Source of the DNA: Antechinus flavipes
Lineage: Eukaryota
DNA: 64,000 nucleotides
Assembly (NCBI RefSeq): GCF_016432865.1
Contig: NC_067400.1
Coordinates: 582,552,001 to 582,616,000, forward strand
Reading direction: 5' to 3'
Notes under the pieces: generated by a model
The model's input: only the letters and a program-made list of their open reading frames with translations
What the model was told of the DNA's origin: nothing
The model's database searches: none
Program-made: the position numbers and the translations under genes
Part shown: positions 25,205-36,903 of the stretch, in pieces
Position numbering within the stretch: the first letter of the stretch is position 1
How the letters are laid out: each line of letters opens with the position of its first letter

Positions 25205-26011
25205 ATGGACTCCTGCCTTAAAATTATGATATTTTCACTTTTTTCCATCTGCAACTGGGCATATAAAATAGATACTCTGCCCACCATTGAAAATGAAGCT
25301 TTCATCAAAGAGTGTGTTGACAGTCATAACAAGTTTCGATCACAAGTGACTCCCAAAGCCAGTAACATGTTGCGTGTGAGCTGGGATGCAGATTTGGCCA
25401 AAGTTGCTAAAGAATGGGCGCAGAAGTGTAAGTTTGGACATAACCCTGATCTGAATAAACCCAAAAAGTTGCACCCTACCTTCTCTACAGTGGGAGAGAA
25501 TCTCTGGATTGGCTCAGTTGGATCATTTTCTGAAAATTTTGCCATCAAAACGTGGAATGATAAGGCAAAAGACTATGACTTCCAGAATAAGAAATGTACT
25601 GGGATATGTGGTCATTATACTCAGGTGGTCTGGGCAGAGTCTTACAAGATTGGCTGTGCAGTTCAATATTGCCCCCAAATTGCTCAGTCTTTCATTATCA
25701 ATGGAGTAATTTTTGTGTGTGACTATGGACCAGCAGGAAATTATAATATGCAGCCCTACACGGAAGGAGAACCCTGCAGTGCCTGTAAAGAAGATACCTG
25801 TGTGGATCAGCTGTGTACAAATCCAAAGCGGGATGGAGAGGCTGCAAGTCCCAAGCCAGATGGAGATGCTGCAACTCACAAGCCAGGAACTCAGGAGACA
25901 ACCAAGGGCCGCCACAAAGTTTCTCTTGTTTTAATCTTGGTGCCAATATTTGTTATACTGGCTATCATATTGATCATTGTGATAGTGATAAAGCGTTATT
26001 TCGCAAGGTAA
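25205..26011 (+). CDS. GLIPR1: GLIPR1-like CAP-domain type I membrane protein, copy 1 (class A ectodomain, class-B-like TM/tail), 268 aa, intronless
   Basis: Signal-like N-terminus, LPTIENEAFIKECVDSHNKFRS (resembles GLIPR1 LPDIENEDFIKDCVRIHNKFRS), GENLW, CGHYTQVVW, VCDYGPAGNY, Cys-rich hinge and C-terminal hydrophobic segment. AATAAA at 26022. The symbol means GLIPR1-like paralog. Confidence 0.92.
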   Translation: MDSCLKIMIFSLFSICNWAYKIDTLPTIENEAFIKECVDSHNKFRSQVTPKASNMLRVSWDADLAKVAKEWAQKCKFGHNPDLNKPKKLHPTFSTVGENLWIGSVGSFSENFAIKTWNDKAKDYDFQNKKCTGICGHYTQVVWAESYKIGCAVQYCPQIAQSFIINGVIFVCDYGPAGNYNMQPYTEGEPCSACKEDTCVDQLCTNPKRDGEAASPKPDGDAATHKPGTQETTKGRHKVSLVLILVPIFVILAIILIIVIVIKRYFAR

Positions 26012-27002
26012 ATCATTTCTCAATAAATTTAATCCAAAGGGATGTGGGGATAATATCTTTTAAATGTCCAAACAACAAAAGATTTGTAATTCTGAAAGGG
26101 AAATCCACTCATCAGATTGCCAAAGCTGACAAATAAGAATAATGACAACTGCTGTAGGGACTTCTGGAAAACAAATATATTGAAGCATTGATGGTACAGT
26201 GACTTGGTTTAGACATCTAAAGAGGAACCTTAGAATTCAGGATGTCAGAGCTGGGAAGGCCCTTAAAACATAGGCGGTCAGAACTGGGAGGGCCCTTAGA
26301 ACCCAAGATGTCAGAGCTGGGAGGGCCCTTAGAACCCAGGAGGTCAGAGCTGGGAGAACCCTTAGAGCACAGGATGTCAGAGCTGGGAGGGGCCCTTAAA
26401 ACATAGGTCAGAGCTGGGAGGGACCTTAGAACCTGGAATGTCAGAGCTGGGAAGGCCCTTAGGATACAGGATGTCAGAGCTGGGAGGGCCCTTAGAACCC
26501 GGGAGGTCAGAGCTCAGAGGGCCTTTAAGGACATAGGATTCAGAGCTGGGATAGAGCTTAGAATTTAGAGCTTAGAATAGAGAATGTCAGAGTGGGGAGG
26601 GGCCCTTAAGACATGCTGAAGGGATCCTTAGAACTCAGGATGTCATTCTTTGACACTGACCTCTAATTAAACTATTAACATTAATAATAAAATGACTAAT
26701 CATCCAGAAAATGTCTCTCAAACTTTTTAAATGTCGCAGTGTTAAAAGTAAAACAAGGTAACCATGTCCTGTAGCACCACATAAAAAAGTAACCAGTCAC
26801 CCTTTACCAGGTTCCACATACAATATAAAAAGTAACTTCAGTCACCACTACATCTTCCTCATACAGATAGTAGTTTCCTCTTGCTAATGCTAGTGGGCTT
26901 TCTGTTGCCTCATAATTGTAGACAAGACACACCTTTCAAACATCCACAAAGATCTGCTGCCTCATTCTGGCAAAGTTTGCTGGACACGGGGGTTGGAAGA
27001 TC

Positions 27003-27908
27003 ATGGACTCCTGCCTTAAAATTATGGTATTTTCACTTTTTTCCATCTGCAATGAGGCATATCAGATACTCTGCCCACCACTGAAAATGAAGCTTTCATC
27101 AAAAAGTGTGTTGACAGTCATAACAAGTTTCGGTCACAAGTGACTCCCAAAGCTAGTAACATGATGCGTGTGAGCTGGGATACAGATTTGGCCTTCAGGG
27201 CTAAAAAATGTGCAGAAGAGTGTGAGTTTGAACATAACCCCGAACTGGAGCACCACAAAATGGTGCACCCTGCTTTTTCTTTAGTGGGAGAGAATCTCTG
27301 GATTGGCTCAATTGGAGCATTTTCTGAAAATTCTGCCGTCGAGATGTGGAATGATCAGGCAAAAAACTATGACTTCCAGAATAAGAAATGTACTGGGTTT
27401 TGTAGTCATTACACTCAGGTGGTCTAGGCAAATACTTATAAGATTGGCTGTGCAGTTCAATATTGCCCCAGAGAAGAACACGCTATGTTTTCCCAATGCA
27501 ATAGTGTTTGTATGTAACTATGGACCAGGAGGCAACAATGATGTGCAGCCCTATATGGAGGGAGAACCCTGCAGTGAGTGTCAAGAAGAGTGTGTGGATC
27601 AGCTGTGTACAAATCCAAAGCGGGAGAGAGAGTCTCCAAGTCCCCATCAAGTGAAAGATGATGAAGATCCCAAGCCAGATGATGTTGCAAATCTCATTCC
27701 AGATGAGGTTGCAAGTCACAAGCCAGATGAAGATGCTTCAAGTCACAAGCCAGAAGGAGTTGCTGCAAATCATAAGCCAGATACTGAAGAGACAACCAAA
27801 GGCACCCAGAAATTTTTTCTTGTTTTAATCTTGGTGCCAATTTTTGCTGCACTGGCTATCATATTGATCATTGTGATAGTGATGATAAAGCGTTATTTCA
27901 CAAGGTAA
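27003..27908 (+). pseudogene. GLIPR1: GLIPR1-like copy 2 (class B), disrupted
   Basis: 4-bp deletion after GCATATCA (frameshift) and TGG>TAG at 27425-27427. Confidence 0.9.
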
Positions 27909-28428
27909 ATCATTTTTCAATAAATTTAATCAAAAGGTATTGGGGGATAATGTCATTTTTTAAATGTCTAAACAACAAAAGATTTGTAGTTCAGAAAGGG
28001 AAATCCACTCATCAGATTGCCAAAATTGACAAATAAGAATAATGACAAGTGCTATAGGAACTTCTGGAAAACAAATATAGTGAAGTGTTGATGGTACAGT
28101 GACTTGGTTCAGACATCTAAAGAGGAACCTTATAACATGAAATGTCAGAACTGGGAGAGGATTTGGAATCCAGGATGTCAGAGGTGGGAGGGCCCTTAGA
28201 ACACAAGATATCAGAGGTGGGAGGACCCTTAGAACACAGGATGTTAGAGCTGGGAAGTCCCTTGAAACACAGAATGTCAGTCACTGACATTCAAGAATTT
28301 CACTGACCTCTCATTAAAAAGCTAACATTAATAATAAAATGACTAATCATCCAGAAAATGATTCTCAAACTGTTTAAAATTTCATAGTGTTAAAAGTAAA
28401 ACAAGGTAACTATGTCCTGTTGTACCAT

Positions 28429-29194
28429 ATGAAAAAGCAACTTCAGTCATTATTTTCACTTTTTTCCATTTGCAACTGGGCATATAAAATGGATTCTCTG
28501 CCCACCAGTGAAAATGAAGCTTTCATCAAAGAGTGTGTTGACAGTCATAACAAATTTCGGTCACAAGTGACCCCCAAAGCCAGTAACATGATGCGTGTGA
28601 GCTGGGATGCAGATTTGGCCAAAGTTGCTAAAGAATGGATGCAGAAGTGTAATTTTGAACATAACCCTGATCTGAATATCCTCCAAAAGTTGCACCCTAC
28701 CTTCTCTGCAGTGGGAGAGAATCTCTGGATTGCCTCAATGGGAGCATTTTCTGAAAATTCTGCCATCAAAACGTGGAATGATGAGGTAAAAAAACTATGA
28801 CTTCCAGAGTAAATGTACTCGGGTGTGTGGTCATTATACTCAGGTGGTCTGGGCAGCTACTTACAAGATTGGCTGTGCAGTTTAATTTTACCCCAAAATT
28901 GCGCAGTCTTTCATTACCAATGGAGCAGTTTTTGTGTGTGACTATGGACCAGCAGGAAATTATTATCATATGCAGCCCTACAAGGAAGGACAACCCTGCA
29001 GTGCCTGTAAAGAAGATACCTGTGTGGATCAGCTGTGTACAAATCCAAAGCGGGATGGAGAGGCTGCAAGTCCCAAGCCACATACTGAATCAGCCACTTG
29101 CAGCTACAAATTTCTTCTTGTGATCTTGGTGCCAATTTTTGCTATACTGGCTATTATATTGGCCATTGTGACAAAGCGTTATTGTGCAAAGTAA
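28429..29194 (+). pseudogene. GLIPR1: GLIPR1-like copy 3 (class A), disrupted
   Basis: ~185-bp deletion removes the normal ATG, an A-run frameshift occurs at ~28790, and CAA>TAA lies at 28883-28885. Confidence 0.9.
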
Positions 29195-29954
29195 ATCATT
29201 TCTGAATAAATTAAATCAAAGGGGATGATGGGATAATATCTTTTTAAATGTCTAAACAACAAAAGATTTGTAATTCTGAAAGGGAAATGCACTCATCAGA
29301 TTGCCAAAGTTGACAAATTATAATGACAACTTCTGTAGGGACTTCTGGAAAACAAATATATTGAAGCATTGATGGTACAGTGACTTGGTTTAGACATCTA
29401 AAGAGGAACCTTAGAATTCAGGATGTCAGAGCTGGGAGGGCCCTTAGAACCTAGGAGGTCAGAGCTGAGAGGGCCTTTAAGGACATAAGATTCAGAGCTG
29501 GGATAGAGCTTAGAATTTAGAGCTTAAAATAGAGAATGTCAGAGTGGGGAGGGGCCCTTAAGACATGCTGAAGGGATCCTTAGAACTCAGGATGTCATTC
29601 TTTGACACTGACCTCTAATTAAACTATTAACATTAATAATAAAATGACTAATCATCCAGAAATTGTCTCTCAAACTTTTTAAATGTCGCAGTGTTAAAAG
29701 TAAAACAAGGTAACCATGTCCTGTAGCACCACATAAAAAAGTAACCAGTCACCATTTACCAGGTTCCACATACAATAAAAAAAGTAACTTCAGTCACCAC
29801 TACATCTTCCTCATACAGGTAGTAGTTTCCTCTTGCTAATGCTAGTGGGCTTTCTGTTGCCTCATAATTGTAGACAGGACACACCCTTGAAACATCCACA
29901 AAGATCTGCTGCCTCATTCTGGCAAAGTTTAGTGGACAGAGGGGTTGGATGATC

Positions 29955-30857
29955 ATGGACTTCTGCCTTAAAATTATGGTATTTTCACTTTTTTCCATCT
30001 GCAATGAGGCATATCAAATAGATACTCTGCCCACCATTGAAAATGAAGATTTCATCAAAAAGTGTGTTGACAGTCATAACAAGTTTCGGTCACAAGTGAC
30101 TCCCAAAGCCAGTAATATGATGCGTGTGAGCTGGGATACAGATTTGGCCTTCATGGCTAAAAACTGTGCAGAAGAGTGTGAGTTTGAACATAACGCCGAA
30201 CAGGATCACGAAGATATGGCGCACCCTGCTTTTTTTTTAGTGGGAGAGAATCTCTGGGTTGGCTCAATTGGAGCATTTTCTGAAAATTCTGCCGTCGAGA
30301 TGTGGAATGATCAGGCAAAAAACTATGACTTCCAGAATAAGAAATGTACTGGGGTATGTAGTCATTATACTCAGCTGGTCTGGGCAGATACTTATAAGAT
30401 TGGCTGTGCAGTTCAGTATTGCCCCAAAGCAGACCACTCTATGCTTCCCGATGCAATAGTGTTTGTATGTAACTATGGACCAGGAGGCAATAATGATGTG
30501 CAGCCCTACAAGGTGGGAGAACCCTGCAGTGAGTGTCAAGAAGATACCTGTGTGGATCAGCTGTGTACAAATCCAAAGCGGGAGAGAGAGCCTCCAACTC
30601 CCCATAAAGAGGAAGATGGACATCACAAGGAAGATGTTGCACATCTCATTCCAGATGAGGTTGCAAGTCACAAGCCAGATGAAGATGCTGCAAGTCACAA
30701 GCCAGGAGGAGTTGGTGCAAATCACAAGCCAGATACTGAAGAGACAACCAAAGGCACCCAGAAAGTTTCTCTTGTTTTAATCTTGGTGCCAATTTTTGCT
30801 GCACTGGCTATCATATTGATCATTGTGATAGTGATAAAGCGTTATTTCGCAAGGTAA
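29955..30857 (+). CDS. GLIPR1: GLIPR1-like copy 4 (class B), 300 aa (302 from ATG 29949), intact
   Basis: Complete ORF with CAP motifs (GENLW, SHYTQLVW, VCNYGPGGN), acidic His-rich stalk and TM segment. Confidence 0.92.
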   Translation: MDFCLKIMVFSLFSICNEAYQIDTLPTIENEDFIKKCVDSHNKFRSQVTPKASNMMRVSWDTDLAFMAKNCAEECEFEHNAEQDHEDMAHPAFFLVGENLWVGSIGAFSENSAVEMWNDQAKNYDFQNKKCTGVCSHYTQLVWADTYKIGCAVQYCPKADHSMLPDAIVFVCNYGPGGNNDVQPYKVGEPCSECQEDTCVDQLCTNPKREREPPTPHKEEDGHHKEDVAHLIPDEVASHKPDEDAASHKPGGVGANHKPDTEETTKGTQKVSLVLILVPIFAALAIILIIVIVIKRYFAR

Positions 30858-31585
30858 ATCATTTCTCAATAAATTTAATCAAAAGGGATTGGGGGATAAT
30901 GTCATTTTTAAATGTCTAAACAAAAGATTTGTAGTTCAGAAAGGGAAATCCACTCATCAGATTGCCAAAATTGATAAATAAGAATAATAGCAAGTGCTAT
31001 AGGAACTTCTGGAAAACAAATATAGTGAAGTGTTGATGATACAGTGACTTGGTTCAGACATCTAAAGAGGAACCTTATAACATGAAATATCAGAACTGGG
31101 AGAGGATTTGGAATCCAGGATGTCAGAGGTGGGAGGGCCCTTAGAACACAAGATATCAGAGGTGGGAGGACCCTTAGAATCCAGGATGTCAGAGCTGAGA
31201 GGGCCCTTAGAACCCAGGATGTTAGAGCTGGGAAGTCCCTTTGAAACATAGAATGTCAGTCGTTGACATTCAAGAATTTTACTGACCTCTCATTAAAATG
31301 CTAACATTAATAATAAAATGACTAATCATCCAAAAAATGGTTCTCAAACTTTTTAAAATATCAGTGTTAAAAGTAAAACAAGGTAATTATGTCCTGTTGC
31401 ACCATATGAAAAAGCTACTTCAGTCACCACTACAGCTTCCTCATACAACAGAGTAGTTTCCTCTTGCTAATGCTAGTGGGCTTTCTGTTGCCTCATAATT
31501 GTAGACAGGACACACCCTTCAAACATCCACAAAGATCTGCTGCCTCATTCTGGCAAAGTTTACTGGATACGGGGGTTGGAAGATC

Positions 31586-32359
31586 ATGGACTCCTGCCTT
31601 AAAATTATGATATTTTCACTTTTTTCCATCTGCAACTGGGCATATAAAATGGATTCTCTGCCCACCATTGAAAATGAAGCTTTCATCAAAGAATGTGTTG
31701 ACATTCATAACAAGTTTCGATCACAAGTGACTCCCAAAGCCAGTAACATGATGCGTGTGAGCTGGGATGCAGATTTGGCCAAAGTTGCTAAAGAATGGGC
31801 GCAGAAGTGTAAGTTTGGACATAACCCTGATCTGAATAAACCCAAAAAGTTGCACCCTACCTTCTCTGCAGTGGGAGAGAATCTCTGGATTGGCTCAATT
31901 GGAGCATTTTCTGAAAATTCTGCCATCAGAACGTGGAATAATGAGGTAAAAAACTATGACTTCCACAGTAAGAAATGTACTCGGGTGTGTGGTCATTATA
32001 CTCAGGTGGTCTGGGCAGCTACTTACAAGATTGGCTGTGCAGTTCAATTTTGCCCCAAAATTGAGCAGTCTTTCATTACCAATGGAGCAGTTTTTGTGTG
32101 TGATTATGGACCAGCAGGAAATTATTATCATATGCGGCCCTACAAGGAAGGAGAACCCTGCAGTGCCTGTAAAGAAGATACCTGTGTGGATCAGCTGTGT
32201 GCAAATCCAAAGCGGGATGGAGAGGCTGCAAGTCCCAAGCCACATACTGAGTCAGCCACACGCAGTCACAAATTTTTTCTTCTTCTGATCTTGGTGCCAA
32301 TTTTTGCTATACTGGCTATTATATTGGCCATTGTGACAAAGCGTTATTGCGCAAAGTAA
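31586..32359 (+). CDS. GLIPR1: GLIPR1-like copy 5 (class A), 257 aa, intact
   Basis: Complete ORF with CAP motifs, short stalk, TM segment and KRYCAK tail. Confidence 0.92.
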   Translation: MDSCLKIMIFSLFSICNWAYKMDSLPTIENEAFIKECVDIHNKFRSQVTPKASNMMRVSWDADLAKVAKEWAQKCKFGHNPDLNKPKKLHPTFSAVGENLWIGSIGAFSENSAIRTWNNEVKNYDFHSKKCTRVCGHYTQVVWAATYKIGCAVQFCPKIEQSFITNGAVFVCDYGPAGNYYHMRPYKEGEPCSACKEDTCVDQLCANPKRDGEAASPKPHTESATRSHKFFLLLILVPIFAILAIILAIVTKRYCAK

Positions 32360-33189
32360 ATCATTTCTGAATAAATTAAATCAAAGGGGATGATGGGATA
32401 ATATCTTTTTAAATGTCTAAACAACAAAAGATTTGTAATTCTGAAAGGGAAATCCACTCATCAGATTGCCAAAGTTGACAAATAAGAATAATGACAACTT
32501 CTGTAGGGACTTCTGGAAAACAAATATATTGAAGCATTGATGGTACAGTGACTTGGTTTAGACATCTAAAGAGGAACCTTAGAATTCAGGATGTCAGAGC
32601 TGGGAGGGCCCTTAAAGCATAGGCGGTCAGAACTGGGAGGGCCCTTAGAACCCAAGATGTCAGAGCTGGGAGGGCCCTTAGAACCCAGGATGTCAGAGCT
32701 GGGAGGGCCCTTAGGATACAGGATGTCAGAGCTGGGATAGAGCTTAGAATTTAGAGCTTAAAATAGAGAATGTCAGAGTGGGGAGGGGCCCTTAAGACAT
32801 GCTGAAGGGATCCTTAGAACTCAGGATGTCATTCTTTGACACTGACCTCTAATTAAACTATTAACATTAATAATAAAATGACTAATCATCCAGAAATTGT
32901 CTCTCAAACTTTTTAAATGTCGCAGTGTTAAAAGTAAAACAAGGTTAACTACGTCCTGTAGCACCACATAAAAAAGTAGCCAGTCACCCTTTACCAGGTT
33001 CCATATACAATATAAAAAGTAACTTCAGTCACCACTACAGCTTCCTCATACAGATAGTAGTTTCCTCTTGCTAATGCTAGTGGGCTTTCTGTTGCCTCAT
33101 AATTGTAGACAGGACACACCCTTCAAACATTGACAAAGATCTGCTGCCTCATTCTGGCAAAGTTTAGTGGACAGAGGGATTGGAAGAGC

Positions 33190-34095
33190 ATGGACTCCTG
33201 CCTTAAAATCATGGTATTTTCACTTTTTTCCATCTGCAATGAGGCATATCAAATAGATACTCTGCCCACCATTGAAAATGAAGATTTCATCAAAAAGTGT
33301 GTTGACAGTCATAACAAGTTTCGGTCACAAGTGACTCCCAAAGCCAGTAACATGATGCGTGTGAGCTGGGATGTAGATTTGGCCTTCAGGGCTAAAAACT
33401 GGGCAGAAGAGTGTGAGTTTGAACATAACCCCGAACAGGAACACCACAAAATGGTGCACCCTGCTTTTTCTTTAGTGGGAGAGAATCTCTGGATTGGCTC
33501 AATTGGAGCATTTTCTGAAACTTCTGCCATTGGGATGTGGAATGATCAGGCAAAAAACTATGACTTCCAGACTGAGCAATGTACTGGGGTATGTAGTCAT
33601 TATACTCAGCTGGTCTGGGCAGATACTTATAAGATTGGCTGTGCAGTTCAGTATTGCCCCAAAGCAGACCACTCTATGCTTCCCGATGCAATAGTGTTTG
33701 TATGTACCTATGGACCAGGAGGCAATAATGATGTGCAGCCCTACAAGGAGGGAGAACCCTGCAGTGAGTGTCAAGAAGATACCTGTGTGGATCAGCTGTG
33801 TACAAATCCAAAGCGGGAGAAAGAGCCTCCAACTCGCTATCAAGAGGAAGATGAACATCACAAGGAAGATGTTGCACATCTCATTCCAGATGAGGTTGCA
33901 AGTCACAAGCCAGGTGAAGATGCTGCAAGTCACAAGCCAGAAGGAGTTGCTGCAAATCACAAGCCAGATACTGAAGAGACAACCAAAGGCACCCAGAAAT
34001 TTTTTCTTGTTTTAATCTTGGTGCCAATTTTTGCTGTACTGGCTATCATATTGATCATTGTGATAGTGATGATAAAGCGTTATTTCACAAGTTAA
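33190..34095 (+). CDS. GLIPR1: GLIPR1-like copy 6 (class B), 301 aa, intact
   Basis: Complete ORF from ATG 33190 (the track starts at an upstream TTG) with CAP motifs, long stalk and TM. Confidence 0.92.
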   Translation: MDSCLKIMVFSLFSICNEAYQIDTLPTIENEDFIKKCVDSHNKFRSQVTPKASNMMRVSWDVDLAFRAKNWAEECEFEHNPEQEHHKMVHPAFSLVGENLWIGSIGAFSETSAIGMWNDQAKNYDFQTEQCTGVCSHYTQLVWADTYKIGCAVQYCPKADHSMLPDAIVFVCTYGPGGNNDVQPYKEGEPCSECQEDTCVDQLCTNPKREKEPPTRYQEEDEHHKEDVAHLIPDEVASHKPGEDAASHKPEGVAANHKPDTEETTKGTQKFFLVLILVPIFAVLAIILIIVIVMIKRYFTS

Positions 34096-34794
34096 ATCAT
34101 TTTTCAATAAATTTAATCAAAAGGGATTGGGGGATAATGTCATTTTTTAAATGTCTAAATAACAAAAGATTTGTAGTTCAGAAAGGGAAATCCACTCATC
34201 AGATTGCCAAAATTGACAAATAAGAATAATGACAAGTGCTATAGGAACTTCTGGTAAACAAATATAGTGAAGTGTTGATGGTACAGTGACTTGGTTCAGA
34301 CATCTAAAGAGGAACCTTATAACATGAAATGTCAGAGCGTGGAAAGGATTTAGAATCCAGGATATCAGAGTTGGGAGGGCCCTTAGAACCCATGAAGTCA
34401 GAACTTAGAGGACCCTTAGAACCCAAGATGTTAGAGCTGAGAAATCCCTTGAAACACAGAATGTCAGTCGTTGATATTCAAGAATTTCACTGACCTCTCA
34501 TTAAAATGCTAACATTAATAATAAAATGACTAATCATCCAGAAAATGATTCTCAAACTTTTTAAAATTTCATAGTGTTAAAAGTAAAACAAGGTAACTAT
34601 GTCCTGTTGTACCATATGAAAAAGCAACTTCAGTCACCACTATAGCTTCCTCATACAACATAGTAGTTTTTTCTTGCTAATGCTATTGGGCTTTCTGTTG
34701 CCTCATAATTGTAGACAGGATACACCCTTCAAACATCCACAAAATCTGCTGCCTCATTCTGGTAAAGTTTATTGGACATGGGGGTTGGAAGATC

Positions 34795-36903
34795 ATGGAC
34801 TCCTGCCTTAAAATTATGGTATTTTCATTTTTTTCCATCTGCAACTGGGCATATAAAATGGATTCTCTGCCCACCATTGAAAAGGAAGCTTTCATCAAAG
34901 AGTGTGGTGACATTCATAACAAGTTTCGGTCACAAGCGACTCCCAAAGCCAGTAACATGATGCGTGTGATGTACACCAAGATAAGGTCAAAATGGGTTCA
35001 TGACCTAGGCATAAAGAATGAGATTATAAATAAATTGGAAGAGCATAGGACAGTTTACCTGTGGAAGAGGGAGGAATTTAGGACCAAAGAAGAACTAGAA
35101 TTCACTATTGACCACAACATAGAAAATTTTGATTACATCAAATTGAAAAGTTTTTGTACAAACAAAACAAAGGCAGACAAGATTAGAAGGGAAACAATAA
35201 ACTGGGAAAACATTTTTACAATCAAAGGTTCTGATAAAGGCCTCATTTCCAAAATATATAGAGAATTGACTCTAATCTATAAGAAATCAAACCATTCTCC
35301 AATTGATAAATGGTCAAAGGATATCAACAGACAATTCTCAGACGAAGAAATTGAAACTATTTATAGACATATGAAAATATGCTCCAAATCATTATTAATC
35401 AGAGAAATGCAAATTAAGACAACTCAGATACCACTACACACCTGTCAGATTGGCTAGAATGACAGGGAAAGATAATGTGGAATGTTGGAGGGGATGTGGG
35501 AAAACAGGGACACTGATAGATTATTGGTGGAATTGTGAACACATCCAGCCATTCTGGAGAGCAATCTGAAACTATGCTCAAAAAGTTACCAAACTGTGCA
35601 TACCCTTTGATCCAGCAGTGTTTCTACTGGGCTTATACCCCAAAGAGATACTAAAGAAAGGAAAGGGACCTGTATGTGCCAAAATGTTTGTGGCAGCCCT
35701 GTTTGTAGTGGCTAGAAGCTGGAAAATAAAAGGATGTCCATCAATTGGAGAATGGTTGAGTAAATTGTGGTATATGAATGTTATGGAATATTGTTCTGTA
35801 AGGAATGACCAGCAAGATGAATACAGAGAGGCCTGGCGAGACTTACATGAACTGATGCTGAGTGAAATGAGCAGAACCAGGAGATCATTATATACCTCAA
35901 CAACGATACTGTTTGAGGATGTATTCTGATGGAAGTGGATCTCTTCAATAAAGAGAGCCTTAATTGATCAAAGATGGACAGAAGCAGCTACACCCAGAGA
36001 AAGAACACTGGGAAATGAATATAAACTGCTTGCATTTTTGTTTTTCCCGGGTTATTTCTACCTTCTGAATTCAATTCTCCCTGTGCAACAAGAAAACTGT
36101 TCGGTTCTGCACACATATATTGTATCTAGGATATACTGTAACCCATTCAACATGTAAAGGACTGCTTGCCATCTGGGGGAAGGGGTGGAGGGAGGGAGGG
36201 GAAAAAATCGGAACAGAAATGAATGCAAGGGATAATGCTGTTAAAAATTACCCTGGCATGCGTTCTATCAATAAAAAGTTATTTTAAAAAAATGATGCGT
36301 GTGAGCTGGGATGCAGATTTGGCCAAAGTTGCTAAAGAATGGGCGCAGAAGTGTAAGTTTGAACATAACCCTGATCTGAATGTCCCCCAAAAGTTGCACC
36401 CTACCTTCTCTGCAGTGGGAGAGAATCTCTGGATTGGCTCAATTGGAGCATTTTCTGAAAATTCTGCCATCAAAACATGGAATGATGAGGTAAAAAACTA
36501 TGACTTCCAGAGTAAGAAATGTACTCGGGTGTGTGGTCATTATCCTCAGGTGGTCTGGGCAGATTCTTACAAGATTGGCTGTGCAGTTTAATATTGCCCC
36601 AAAATTGCTCAGTCTTTCATTACCAATGGAGCAGTTTTTGTGTGTGACTATGGACCAGCAGGAAATTATCATCATATGCAGCCCTACAAGGAAGGACAAC
36701 CCTGCAGTGCCTGTAAAGAAGATACCTGTGTGGATCAGCTGTGTGCAAATCCAAAGCGGGATGGAGAGGCTGCAAGTCCCAAGCCACATACTGAATCAGC
36801 CACACGCAGCCACAAATTTTTTTTTCTTCTGATCTTGGTGCCAATTTTTGCTATACTGGCTATTATATTGGCCATTGTGACAAAGCGTTATTGCGCAAAG
36901 TAA
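34795..36903 (+). pseudogene. GLIPR1: GLIPR1-like copy 7 (class A), split by an L1 insertion and carrying a premature stop
   Basis: 5' part 34795-34969 and 3' part 36292-36903, with TAA at 36589-36591. Confidence 0.92.
34970..36291 (+). mobile_element. 5'-truncated L1 inserted in GLIPR1-like copy 7
   Basis: ORF2 C-terminus, 3' UTR and AATAAA. 13-bp TSD ATGATGCGTGTGA at 34957-34969 and 36292-36304. Confidence 0.95.

Noticed and set aside
26012-26230. Poly(A) tail or TSD marking the founding GLIPR1 retrocopy
   Set aside because: Looked for at every cassette end and not found; the trailers run directly into the minisatellite.
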